DNA of 64,000 nucleotides from Utricularia gibba (GCA_002189035.1 NEEC01000017.1:1364001-1428000); one strand, 5' to 3'; numbered from the stretch's first letter, positions 10,905 through 23,362 are shown. Program-made: numbers and translations. The notes: generated by a model from the letters alone, not told the origin.

Positions 10905-12336
10905 ATGGCGAACCAGGGAGCGAAGAAGCGGAAGGAGGAAAACGCTCGCCACATGCAGAGGCTTCTCCTCATTATCGTCGCTTGCAACGTAATTTCACCT
11001 GATTTTATATATTGTGTTTCGAATTCTTCCGGATTGTGTTGGTTTCGATTGTTCGATTGGATTCTGTAGGCTGTGTATGCTGTCGTAAGGCTTGGGTTCT
11101 TCTTCTCGAGTTTCACGTGGAAGCACTGCCTGGGCTTGATTTTGACTTCGCTAGCCTACGTGATTCCCTATCAGCAGCTGGCTACAATGTCCAAGCCGTC
11201 TTATTCCGACTCCGGGGAACTTATCGACGGTGGCTTCGATATGACTACTGGGGGATTTGCGGGTAGGCTATTTGAATGTTAATTGTTTCTTTGCATCGCA
11301 TACTCTGGTTCATGTTTGATAATGGTTTTTGCAGAGCACTTGAGGGATTCCATATTCGTAGCAATTGCTTTAAAGTATAATCAGTGTCTGAATTTCAGAA
11401 GCATTTCTGATTTTATATGAATATTTGTCATTACTTAACAGTCGTTATTGGGGAGATCTACCTTCCGGAATCATCTGCTATCCATACATTGTCTATGATT
11501 TCTATGGTCAAATGTGCTATTTTTCGTGTTTTGCAGATACTTGCATGATGTTATCTACATCACCTGCTTCGTCCAAATGAGTTCGATAATTTCTGATAAG
11601 TTCTGGTACACATACTTGGTGGTACGTTATGCTCCCCCCTTAGTGATCTATTTAAAAGAAGAGGACGAAAGAGCTTTGGATTGTATTGTGAAAGTCAGAA
11701 TTTTGTATCAGTGGCATTGTGCTGTTAACCAAAAGTTGCTTTTGTGAAGGGGCGGTTAAGTGTGTTATATACTGAGATCTATCATTTTCCCCATGATCCA
11801 GTGTGGATGACTGATTCCTTTTCAATGTCTTCTCCTGTAAACTTTTAACCCTACGATGCAATCTTCCATCCATCTCCTCTGATGGATGGTCTTTTGTTTC
11901 TCCTTACTCTGCAGCCACCATCCGTGCAATTGACTTTAAGCTACTAGCAGATGATTGTGGCCAGCGGCTCTCTTTATGTGTGTCGTTGTGAACTGAGTTT
12001 TTTCAGGTCCAATAGGTTTTTGTGTAGGCTTTGTAGAAATACCCTTGTGTACAGGGGTTACTAGCGAGTCCACGATACTAAAATATTCATGAACATTCAG
12101 ATTCCAGGTTTTGCAGCGTATCAACTCTTCGGATTTGTCAAAGGTTTTCTTTCTCATGGGCAAGAGGTACGTAGACATGTTCCTTCCCAGCCCACTATCC
12201 CTTATCTCATGGGATGTGTTTTTTCCAATCACTTCCGGTGCAGGGTGCCGAGGAAGACGAAAAGACCCGCAAGAAGAGAGAAAAGATGGAAAAGAGAGCT
12301 TCCAGACCAAAATTTGTCAAGAGCAGGGCACGATGA
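10905..12336 (+). CDS. TMEM208: TMEM208/SND2 (DUF788) ER membrane protein; -1 frameshift in G-run 11250-11254 as written
   Basis: Exons 10905-10988, 11070-11262, 11537-11621, 12101-12166, 12244-12336. MANQGAKKRKEEN..., GELIDGGFDM, YLHDVIYITCFVQ, and a basic tail EKTRKKREKMEKRASRPKFVKSRAR. One extra G restores the conserved GGICG|Y. Confidence 0.92.
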
Positions 12337-12449
12337 TGATGCCACCAACCACTCATCTCTCTCAATGATGGATCATCTCCTTCCAATCCCCTTTTTTTCC
12401 CATTCGCGTTCGTTCCCTCCACACTGACTGCATAGAGTTTGCCCCATCT

Positions 12450-13560
12450 TTGTAAAAGAGTCTTTTTGGCAACTCATACAAGTTTGTGATCATTTCTGGC
12501 AATAGGTGAATATCTGAGCGATTTCGAAAGGTGACTACTGACTTGTGGTTGCCATTAACATTCGGGAATTGCTGCATCTTCACGATATGCTCATCATGTT
12601 GCATGTTTTAGGTGAATCTGGAGAATTGCCGAGTCCCCTCCACGTTTACGTCATGGTGGTAGGCTGCCTGTGGTCTCGCCTTCTTCTGGCTTCGATTGTA
12701 ATGTCCTGCCATGGACCCGAGTACAAGACCATCTGAAAACGCTTGGACCAGACCCAATAACGGAAGACTTATTGTCTGTAACATAGGATTTTAGTCATAA
12801 AAACAAGAAATTAGCTGAATGGTTGTCCCTTTTTTCTTTTTCTGTCCTGGATATTGTTTCAACAAAAATATTAATACTGATAAGAAGCACACAAGCAGCT
12901 GGAGGCGAAGAATTCAAGTACAATAATATATTTGTAAACAAATGCTGAGATTTCAGACAACCGGAGAAGAGCAACGAAACCGATGCTGCAGCAAGCAACA
13001 CACAACGAAGACCACAGGTTCGGATAAAGAAGACAGAAGATTGAGCCACCCCGCCAATATCACCACCACCACCGCCGCCGCCGCCGCGGGAGAACAATGA
13101 GAAAGAAAGAAAGAAGCGAAGCCCACCTCATCCGAGTAGCAGAAGAAGAAGCAAAGAAAAAAAGAAAACCCTTATACCTCCCAGTTAACCCTCAACCGCC
13201 GCCGTCTCCGGCAGGGGAACCCAGCCGAGCATAACCAACGGAACCCCATTCGGGCCAAACTTCAAGCCACCGCACAATCCACTTCCAGTATGAGAAGCCC
13301 CATTGCAATGCAAACAAGAAAAGGAAAAGAGAGAGGTGTGCGTTGTCTTGTATTGGCGTCCAACAGAGGTTGTTAGAGAAAGAAGGGGTCGGAAGAATGA
13401 ATGAATGCTGCGTGTGTGTTCCTTCTTGTTGCAGAAACGTCTGCAGTTTTGCTGTCCTTCTGGAGTCTGGAGTGTAAGAGAAGGCAGGTAAGTAACCCAC
13501 TCAACAAATTTTGCTTCCTCCCCCAGACTGAGACACCACCACCATACATTTATAATAAAT
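12450..13560 (-). ncRNA. Putative lncRNA containing a miR171 target-mimic-like site; boundaries approximate
   Basis: TATA-like TATATA/TATAAA at about 13550-13595 on minus. Splice-like signals include GAG|GTATAAG at 13177 and TTTTCAG| at about 12733. Only short, unrecognisable ORFs. Convergent with TMEM208. Confidence 0.45.
13039..13063 (-). other. miR171-complementary site with a 3-nt central bulge (endogenous target mimic motif)
   Basis: Minus strand 5'-GUGAUAUUGGC GGGGU GGCUCAAUC-3' versus the SCL6/HAM site GAUAUUGGCGCGGCUCAAUC. Both flanks pair perfectly; the centre has one G:U plus three extra nucleotides. No partner arm for a MIR171 hairpin was found nearby. Confidence 0.7.
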
Positions 13561-14605
13561 AAATAATACACTGCACCTCCTCACACCATATAATACCCTT
13601 ATAATAATATTAATATTAATAATCATTTTTATTATTTCACCATTACTAGGGCATGTCCTATTATGGGCCTAGATCCTTTCCAAAAAAAAAAGAACCCCCA
13701 CGTGTGTTGGAATGCAAACCAAGTTTAGTAATCTAACCCAGAGAGATTCCCCTTTTTGCCCTCCACGGATTGATGAAATCCCAGTTATGCCCTTTTCATG
13801 TACTGCTCTAGTGTTTGAGGGTACGGCTTTTGCTGCAGCCACCTTGTAATAAGCAAAGAATAATATTAAATTCAGCTCCATCCCATTTAAAACTAGGGTA
13901 AAATTAAATTAAGTTAAAAAAAGTAAAAAGAAAATAACATGGGAAACATGGGATGGCCCCGCGCCCTACGCCTTTAGAATCCTTCAATTCCCCAACCAAC
14001 TTATGCTCTTGGTGGATGGATGAGAAGGGAAGTCAGTCCAATTCCGAACATCAATCAAATTCGATCTATTAGAAATTTGATCATTTGCGAGAAAATTAGA
14101 CATAACTTATTGTATAAGAGAAGTTGTACGAGTGATCATTTTTCTAAATAAATCGGATGAAATTAATTAAAATAAATAAAATTAAATAAAGGGATGTGCT
14201 AAATTAAATAACAAAATTATCGAGGTATCTAATTTATGATATTAAATATCAAAGTTGATGATTAGCATATGTTCTTTAATATAAAGTAACTTTTATTTGG
14301 AATAATAGAATAAAAAGGGTCAAAGGCGTGGGGCTTTACTATTTTTACCTACCGGATGAGGTGCACAATTTGGTCCATTATTGTTTTTGGAAAGTATTAC
14401 GAAAGGGTGACGTCGTTTTCACGCACGTCCACCATTCAATTCAATAATTCCGTACTTTAAATGTTCCACCTCCGGCACTAAATAGCAGACGCGTCCTCCA
14501 AGTTTCTCCTATTTGCAATTAAGACACCAGATCTATTACAAATTTGATAATCTACTCCTACATGAGAAAATTGTACATCGATAATGCAAAAATTTTAATT
14601 CATTG

Positions 14606-14979
14606 TATGAAATAGATTGTATGAGTAATCACTTTTCTAAATGAACTTTCGACGTTCCCCAAGTCCACTTCTCCATGCAGGGCTATTATAGTAAAATAAT
14701 ATTCGAATTTCGAATTTTTAATATTTGTGAGCTACATTATATTTTTATTTCATTATAATATATAGTATTACTCTTATATCAAATTTTAACTTATTATATG
14801 AAATAGATTGTACGATTCACTACTTTTCTACATGAAATTATGTCGCCCCCAAGTCCATTTCTCCAGTCAGGGCTATTATTGTAAATAATATTCAAATTTT
14901 GAAACAAAACCAAATTTTGAATTTTTAATATTTTTATTAAAAATTCAAAATTTATATTATATATTATTACTCTTATATC
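14606..14979. repeat. Diverged tandem duplication, period about 191 bp
   Basis: TATGAAATAGATTGTA...CCCCAAGTCCA.TTCTCCA..CAGGGCTATTAT...TATTACTCTTATATC starts at 14606 and again at 14797. A related motif occurs near 14115. Confidence 0.8.
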
Positions 14980-15915
14980 GTTATAAATCTTCATCTATCA
15001 CTACCGTTTTGTCGTTCCCAACATCCTTATTGATTTTCTCTATGGGTGTGTTTCAGTGTTTGGTTGGGAGAAATTAATATATTGAAAAATATTTAATAAA
15101 AATATTAGATAGAAAACGAATATATTTAAATAGGCAAATGATAACTAAAAAGTATTTTAAATTGATAATACATATTTTTTAAATGCATATCTAATATCGA
15201 TTTAATTGAACAAATCGAACAAAAAAGGTTGTAAAAGACAAAATTGTTTAGAAGAATAAGAATGATCGGGGATGATTAAAAAAATATTTTAATATATTAT
15301 TCAAAAAAAGATAAAATTATTTTATATGACTTCTAATATTCAAATTACACCTTTATTAATTTCATTTTATTTTGAAATTTTAAGTATTTCAAAATAAAAA
15401 ATCATTTTTTTAAATTACAATATTTGATCTATTTTTATCTTACAGTTGAACAATTTAACTTATATAAAATCTAATAAAAAAAGTTTATCAATGAATTGAT
15501 TTTATGTCATTCCAACAAAAAAATTTACTTGAACTAACTATCATAACTAATATTGGTACACATATTTCAATGCAATTATTAAAAATTGCGAAATATTATT
15601 ACAAGTGATACTTTGGACAAGTTTTGGTGGAAATGTCATGAAATGAATCATTGGTAAATTTCTTGATTGAATTTTGCACAAATTAAAATATTAAACTGTA
15701 AAATAAAAATGGATTAAACAGTCTAAATTAAAAAACATTTTTTCTCTATTTCAAATATCAAATTTATAATTTCGATTTTTTAATAATCACTTTGAATGGT
15801 AGGTGAAATTTCTGTGTATCTATCTCTTCAAGCATTCTGTTGTTTGTAGAAGCAAAAGTATTGCAACCCATGTGGAAAATACACACCAGTTTCAGAAGGA
15901 ACAACCGGCGATGCA

Positions 15916-18900
15916 TCAGCAGTTGATCCCGCATTGCTTTGTGTCAGGCCCCTTGGTTTTGAGTATAAAGGGATCGATTCTCACCCAAAGCAAGGAGAAG
16001 ATGGAAGCCAGGAGTATCGACCAGATGACGACGATAGTGGGTGTTCTGTTCTGCCTGCCCATCAGGCCTTTGAGGAAGGGATAGAGATGAACGATGACCC
16101 AGAATGCGAAGAAGAGCTTTCCGAAAAGGGGACCCCAAGTTTGGTATCCATTGTTGATTGCATCGGATATGCCAGCAACAACACCCACCATGTTGATTAT
16201 GAGAATCGTGGTTGGGGGTATGAGGAGTGTTGTCCATTTGAAGGTGTATAGCTCTCCAAACTCTTCGTCATCCGATGCCTTGGATGTGACTGTGAAGTTT
16301 GTGTCTATGCCTGCTAGGATTTTCAGAAGGCCTTGCACAACCGCAAAGAGGTGAGCTGATATTCCTCCTATTACCCAGAACTGCTCGTTCCTCCACCATT
16401 CCTCAATGCTGACGCCACTCCACCTTAGCTCCAGGATGCCCGTGGCGAATATCGAGAGGAAGAGTCCTATGAATACGAGGCTTGCCAGGGTGCTTATCTG
16501 GATCAAGGGAGAAACATATCTTTAGCTCGCATGGCAGTGTGTGAATTTAGTGTCAAGTGAGTGGCTGCTTCTCCTAGTGAGTTGAGTACCTCTGGCATTA
16601 TGAACTTTCCTGTGAGCAGGCAAACTGCTGGAAGGGTGCAGTAGGCAAGAAGTGGTATAGAAGTAAAGGGGTAGATTGTTGTGTTAACGTATGCAAATCG
16701 TTCCAACCATTTGAGGTTTCCTTCCTTGTAGCCATAGATCAGAGGACTATGGCGACTGAAGAAGATTTCAACAGATCCTAGAGCCCATCGGAGCACTTGA
16801 TTCAGACGGTCGGACAAGTTGATCGGAGCAGACCCTTTGAAGGCCGCCCTTTTGGGGTTACAGTAAATAGATCTCCAACCACGGCAGTGCATTTTAAAGC
16901 CTGTTAAGATGTCTTCTGTGATGGAGCCATATATCCATCCTAGCTGCATCAGCAGAGTTAGATTAAGAATGTCTAGTATCTGATGTGCAGGATTTAAATC
17001 ATACCTCTGTACCCCAGTCTGTCTTGTCTTCATAGCCACAGCTTATGACATGTATGGCCTCTTTAAGCAAAGCTGCTGGACTTGAGGAAGGGGGAACTCC
17101 ACCATCCACCATCAAAGTTGAAGTCACAAATACTGGTGATTGCCCGAATTTACTTTCAAAGTTCATTTGAGACTTTAGTAACTCCTTGTCATCATCAAAT
17201 CCTGGATTGCAGAAAAGTTTTAATGTATTTTCCATTCTTATTGTATTAGGTAGAGAGATTGATGGAAACCTTGAGCTCCATCTTGGTCGCCAAATGCATC
17301 CTGTAAAGTGATTTTCTTGCGCCGTCCAAAACATGGGCAGCAATCACAACTTACCATTTTTGGACGCTTGGGGCCCTTGGGAGGCTCATAGCCATATAGC
17401 GCTTGCCTTCTGAAGATGCATCCTGTTCCAACATAGACTGGACCCTGGATCCCATCCAGGCCTTTCATGTTGATCTGTGTGAAAATGAGCAAAAGAAGGT
17501 GTTATTAGCATAACTTGACTGCTTTCTGTATGGCTTCAGGCACGAGTGTCAAAACAGTTTCTCAGGAACTTACATCGAAGAACACTGTATTTCTGTTGGC
17601 GTATCTGTCATGCCGGTCAATGCCATCAAATCTTTGAGGAAACTGGACATAACACACTTTCCTCCCTGATTGAGGATCCATTAAGAAGCACATTGCTTCC
17701 CGCACAGCCTTGCTGTTGTTTATATAATGATCACAGTCCAAGTTCAGCATGAATGGAGCATTTGTGAGAACCCCAGAAACCCGGACCTGAAAATTTCCAA
17801 GTTATGTGGTTGGACTGCTGTAAACTTGCTACCGTGAAGAGCCATTGATCATACCAGGGCGTTTATTGCACCTGCTTTCTTGTGATGCTGGAAAGCTGGC
17901 CTCTTTTCTCGAGAAACGTAAACTAGGCGAGGAAGTTCATGACCTTCTGCATCAAAACCTCCATTCTGACCTAAAAAGACTTGGATCATACCAGGATGAT
18001 CTTTGGTATTGTTTCCAGGCCATGGTGTGCCATCTTGCATGATCCATCCTCCAGGTGAACCCTTTGTGGCTTTGGCAACCATTGCATTTATTCTAACTTT
18101 GAACTCCTCGTATTCTCTCTGTCACAAAGCATTCTTGCATCAAACCATGATACTCATATTTCTTCCAAAAAAAACTTCATGGTGTACCTTCATAGCTCTT
18201 CTCTCCTTGACAAAAGTGGGCTGCACTTTGTCCTTCAGGTAGTCCACCTTCTCTGCAAAGTACATCTCTGGTGCTCGAGGCTCTATCGAAAATTTCTTGC
18301 AGAAAGGAACCCATTTTCGAGAAAACTCTGCTGTTTCTGATAGTGCTTCAAAGGTGCACATGGAGGCGCCATCATCAGAGAGGTAACATGATATTTTATC
18401 AACAGGGTAGTCCATCGCCAAAATTGAGAGAACAGTGTTGGCTGTAACAAGGGGTGGTTCCTTCAAGGGGTCAACTGTGCTAACAAAAACATCTACTGGT
18501 GAAAGCATGTTTGGTTCGCCTTCCTTCTCGTATCTGCAAGAAAAACAAGTGTGATCGAGCTGCACTTGGCTATCCTTGTTTCTGGTGTTCAGGTTACAGT
18601 TGATTCATTTACCTGTGAGAGAGGCGATCAAGATAAGTCTCACGGTCGATGGGGAACCACTTTGGGAACTGATCAAGGATCCAGGAAAAGGCGAACCAGA
18701 CTTCACAGATAATGGAAGTCAGCCAAAGGCCAATGGCATCGTGGACGGGGTTCAAGATCCTGTACCGCAGGAAAATGGCTAAAACCAGCAACCGAGCTGC
18801 GATCACCATGCGGTAAGGATTCACTTTGCTTGATGCTATGGGAACTTTTCTTGAAAGTGGTTGTCTTGATTCATCATTACTGCAGTTTGACACAACGAAA

Positions 18901-19877
18901 CTCTACTAAGTCAAATCTAACATCTACCTGTTTCAGTAGGAAAAATAGTTGTAAGTATAGGGGGATATGAATCAAGAGAAGATACATCATTGCATCCATG
19001 TCCTCGTAATCATCCATCCTCTCTTTCCATCCCATTTCCTTCTGATCATCCCATCTTGCACTTGTTGCATCACTAGGCTCGTCTGAGAATGAATATGGAT
19101 GAATTCGCTTGTGCAGCGTGGAGACAGGCGCTTGCTCTCTGTATGCAGTATTTGACAGAGTGATTTCTCCACTCACCTGCAAGTAAGTCAAGTTTAGTAT
19201 CATTTGATGTTGTATGTGGTACCGGTAAGTATCTCTTGTTTGCTGTTTACAGGAACGGATCTTCCTCCTGCGATAACGGGTGGGTACTGTTGGCTGCTGT
19301 CATCGTCTTCAGGTCCTCTTCCATAACTCATTTTCCCATGGAGCATATCAACTACTTCCGTGTGCCTTTTCTGATCTTCAATGTTGAACTCATGCTCAAT
19401 GTCGTCAATGTCTTCCTCATCATCGTCTCCTTCAACCCTTGGACTACCTTCACGCCAAGTGAAAAGAAAACATTGGAAATTGATTGCAAATAGACAGGAA
19501 AAGAGCATCAATTCTACATCATGTAGGAGCACCTTTGAGGCGCTTGTATCTGGTATTGCACTGTGGGCAAAGCTGGCTTCCTTCCCGTCTCTCGTACTCG
19601 TAGCACGGCCTGCATACGGGGAAGCCGCACTCGTTGCAGGCGACGAACAGCTCGCCGTCAACTGTGAGGCCAACGGCGTCCCCACAGATCTCACAAACTT
19701 GCCCACTTAGATTCTTCATTTGCTTCGGCTGCAACAGCCACCAACAACACGACAATGTCACAAGGAACAGGAAGCAGCTCTCTTGGGGACCATGAAACTC
19801 ACCTCCTCATGTCCGTGAATGACGACGAGCTCGTTCCGGTTGTGTGATCCGGCCACAAGCCCTGCACTTGCCTCCAT
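15916..19877 (-). CDS. CESA7: Cellulose synthase A7 (IRX3-type, secondary wall)
   Basis: Starts [29 protein letters not shown] zinc finger CEICGD...CPQC. Catalytic motifs DDG, DCD, TED and QVLRW are intact. Ends [14 protein letters not shown]. All exons splice in frame. Confidence 0.97.
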
Positions 19878-20998
19878 TTCCGGAGCCTGCAGGAGATGAT
19901 GGATGCAGAGTGAAAACTGGGGATGAAGTTAACAACCTTCCTTTTTAATAAAGTCTTGAGCAGAAGTTCAGTAGTAGCTTTTCGTTTTTTAGTTGCTGGG
20001 TCTACATTGCCTTCAAGCTAAGCTTCTTCTGTTGCAACCACCATCTCTCTTCAGTCTCCAGCCACCTTTACGTAAAAATAAATCTTGCATTACAAATGTT
20101 ATACTTTTTCTTGTAATATAATTTCTTTCTCAACGTGACACAACTGTTCCGCGGGCAAGAACATTCTTTGTCCTTTTTCTTGTTCTCAGGTGCCATGCCG
20201 GTCTGGCTTTGGACAGGGGGAGACCAGATTTGGTGCCCAAGGTGTCAATTTTCCTTCGATATCTGTAGACGGGGGGACAACAAACAGCAACGCGTCGTAC
20301 CAGGAGTCCAGATTTGATGTGCAGTGAAGGCATGATATCAAGAAAAAGTAATGAAGTGCTTGTGAACAAGAAGCAAGATGAGTGTTCCATTGACTGTAAT
20401 GGCATTGAAATCCTCATGATAATCTTCGCAGTCTTCGCTGGTTATTCTCCGGCCATTCTTTGCACGCAACCGGTATTCGTGTGTTGGCATTACTATTATT
20501 TCTTGTTTTGATGGTCTTTCAATGGCGGAAAAGGGTATTCTTGTTTTTGTTTTTTTGTTGATTGGTTCGCTGAGATTCATTTCTTTTAATCACCTTCTTT
20601 TCTCGTTGTCAGATTGAAGCCAGGTACTGTCCGGTCGTGTTGATCCTCGTCTCCGGTGTTCGCTGGTTTCATCAGAACTTGAAAAAAAACTTCACACGAA
20701 ACTGAGCCTTGGGCCACGTTGGGCTCGACCCACTACAAGATAGAGTCCAGGCGTGACTTCAATTTCTGGAAACTGAATTCCTGATCCAGTTCTTCCCTAT
20801 TTTCGTCTTGGTTGCCGGTTATTCCAATATCCAACGTCATTGATTCTTTTTGTTTTGCGGATTGAAACAGCAGTTGTTGTATCCATCTGTTTCCCATTTT
20901 TGAGATTGAGTTGGTGTTGCCATGATTTGCTGTTCCATGAAGCTTCTTTTTTGAGGTTTTTGTGTGCTGGTTTAGATGAATGTTTTGTCACAATTTCA

Positions 20999-23362
20999 AT
21001 GGTTCCTAGAGCAGTTTCTGCTCAAAGGGATCGAAGCTTCCTCTTGGGTTTGATCAATGCAGCCACCTCAGTTTCCCACCTCCATCAATCCCATGCCCAA
21101 ATCATTCATAGAAATCTCATCAACGATCGTAGTATCGTAACCAAGCTCATTCAGAAGCTTCTCGACTTCAAAGCCGTCGACCATGCGAAACGCATCTTTG
21201 GTAGCTTGGTTTCTCCTGACCTATTCCTGTACAATGTCCTCATTAAAGGACTCAAAGACGACCCATTTGCCTCCTTGCGTGTTTACAGGACTCTGTTGCA
21301 GGGGACTGCTTTTAAGCCCGATAATTTTACTTACTCGTTCATCGTTGGTGCGTTTTCTGGATTTTCTTCAGCTGGGTTGGAGAGAGTCGCAGTTTTGGTC
21401 CATGGGCATGCGATAGTTTCTGGGTTTGGCTCAGACGTGTATGTGGGCTCGGCGTTGATTGAAATGTACATGAGTTTCTCAAGGATTAGCGTTGCACATA
21501 AGGTGTTTGATATCGTGTCTGAGCCGGATACGGTGCTTTGGAACACAATCTTCTCTGGTTTGGTGAAAAATGGTTGCTTTGATGATGTGCCTCGGATTTT
21601 TCGTAATATGGTTAACAGTGGTGTGCGATTTGATTCGACGTCGCTGGCGGTGGTGCTCTCTGGTTTTGCTGAACTGCAAGATGAGAGGGCAGGTTTGATG
21701 GTTCAGGCGTTGGCTTTGAAGGTGGGTTGCCATTTCCATGATCATGTTCTTACATGTTTGGTCTCCTTGTATTCTAAATGTGGAGACATTGCCATGGCAA
21801 AGTTGTTGTTTGGGTTGATATCAACTCCAGATCTGGTCGCATACAATGCAATGATTTCTGGGTTTTCTTCAAATAATGACATGGAATCAGCCCTTCATAT
21901 TTTCCATGAATTGCTTTCATCAGGTTTCAAGGTAAGCTCCAGTACGATAGTTGCTTTGGTTCCTGCATTCTACCCATTTGGTCGATTACATCTTACATTG
22001 GCAATTCAGAGCTTTTGTGTCAAGTGCTGTTTCATTTTACATGCCTCAGTTTCAACTGCGTTAGTGACAGTTTATAGTCGACTGAACGAGCTGCATCTAG
22101 CTAGGCGGCTATTTGATGAATCATCTGACAAAAGTGTGGCATCATGGAATGCCATGATATCAGGATATGCTCAGAATGGGCAGACTGAAATGGCAATATC
22201 TCTCTTCCATGAAATGCAGAAGCTTAATCTTTGTCCAAATCCAGTGACAATTACAAGCATTCTCTCAGCATGTGCTCAACTGGGTGCCTTATCTCTGGGA
22301 AAATGGGTACACAACTTGATAAAAAATGCAGGTTTTGAGTCCAACATCTATGTGTCAACTGCCTTGATCGACATGTATTCAAAATGTGGAAGTATAGAGG
22401 AGGCCAGGAGACTGTTTGATTGTATGAAGGAAAAGAATGCTGTCACTTGGAATGCCATGATATCCGGGTATGGACTTCATGGCCATGGCAATGAAGCACT
22501 AAATCTGTACCAAAAAATGCAACTCTCAGGAATTTCTCCTACAAGAGTTACATTTTTATCGATTTTGCATGCTTGTAGCCATGCGGGTCTGGTGGAAGAA
22601 GGAGAAAAAATGTTCTCCTCTATGATCCATGATCATGGCCTGAAGCCAATCTCCGAGCATTACGCGGCCATGGTCGACATCTACGGCCGAGCCGGGAAAC
22701 TACATGGTGCTCTGGAGTTCATAAACAAGATGCCTATTGAACCTGGCCCTGCTGAGTGGGGCTCCCTGCTTGGTGCTTGTATGATTCACAAGAACATAGA
22801 TCTTGCCCATTTTGCTTCTCGCAAACTGTTCGCTTTGGAACCGGAGAATGTCGGATACCATGTTCTACTCTCTAACATATACTCCATCAGCCAGAATTTC
22901 CCACAGGCTGCTACATTGCGAAGAATGGTGAAGACAAAGCATCTGATGAAGACTCCAGGCTGCACTCTGATTGAGGTTAAAGGAAATGCCCATGTCTTCA
23001 CCTCCAATGATCGATCCCACCCTCAGTCCAGAGATATATACGCTGCCCTGGAAGATATAATGCTGAGAATGAAGCACTCAGGGTACACTGTGGAAACACT
23101 TACAGCATTGCATGATGTGGAAGAAGAAGAGAAGGAGATGATAGTGAAGGTTCACAGTGAGAAACTGGCGATTGCCTTTGGGATTCTCATGTCTGGAGAA
23201 GGTGAAGAGATCAGGATAATCAAGAACCTGAGGGTGTGCTTGGATTGCCATAACTTCACCAAGTTTGTTTCTAGGATTAGTGGGAGAGTGATCATTGTTA
23301 GGGATGCTAACAGGTTTCACCATTTTGCAAATGGAGTTTGTTCATGTGGAGACTACTGGTAG
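20999..23362 (+). CDS. MEF29: PLS-DYW pentatricopeptide repeat RNA-editing factor, MEF29/PPR2263-like (intronless)
   Basis: PLS repeats (WNAMISGY, TITSILSACAQLGALSLGKWVH), E/E+ domains, and a DYW domain with HSEKLAIAF, LRVCLDCH and terminal CSCGDYW. First ATG at 20999. Ortholog assignment is from recalled similarity to At4g30700. Confidence 0.9.
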   Translation: MVPRAVSAQRDRSFLLGLINAATSVSHLHQSHAQIIHRNLINDRSIVTKLIQKLLDFKAVDHAKRIFGSLVSPDLFLYNVLIKGLKDDPFASLRVYRTLLQGTAFKPDNFTYSFIVGAFSGFSSAGLERVAVLVHGHAIVSGFGSDVYVGSALIEMYMSFSRISVAHKVFDIVSEPDTVLWNTIFSGLVKNGCFDDVPRIFRNMVNSGVRFDSTSLAVVLSGFAELQDERAGLMVQALALKVGCHFHDHVLTCLVSLYSKCGDIAMAKLLFGLISTPDLVAYNAMISGFSSNNDMESALHIFHELLSSGFKVSSSTIVALVPAFYPFGRLHLTLAIQSFCVKCCFILHASVSTALVTVYSRLNELHLARRLFDESSDKSVASWNAMISGYAQNGQTEMAISLFHEMQKLNLCPNPVTITSILSACAQLGALSLGKWVHNLIKNAGFESNIYVSTALIDMYSKCGSIEEARRLFDCMKEKNAVTWNAMISGYGLHGHGNEALNLYQKMQLSGISPTRVTFLSILHACSHAGLVEEGEKMFSSMIHDHGLKPISEHYAAMVDIYGRAGKLHGALEFINKMPIEPGPAEWGSLLGACMIHKNIDLAHFASRKLFALEPENVGYHVLLSNIYSISQNFPQAATLRRMVKTKHLMKTPGCTLIEVKGNAHVFTSNDRSHPQSRDIYAALEDIMLRMKHSGYTVETLTALHDVEEEEKEMIVKVHSEKLAIAFGILMSGEGEEIRIIKNLRVCLDCHNFTKFVSRISGRVIIVRDANRFHHFANGVCSCGDYW

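Noticed and set aside
13192-13235. Short ORF MLGWVPLPETAAVEG shares WVPLP with the 3803-3991 peptide
   Set aside because: A five-residue match between two unverified ORFs, with no further similarity.
17238-17343. Overlapping CESA7 ORFs in different frames, suggesting a frameshift
   Set aside because: Resolved by a ~68-nt GT-AG intron (CAAG|GTTTCC...CCAG|GATTT).
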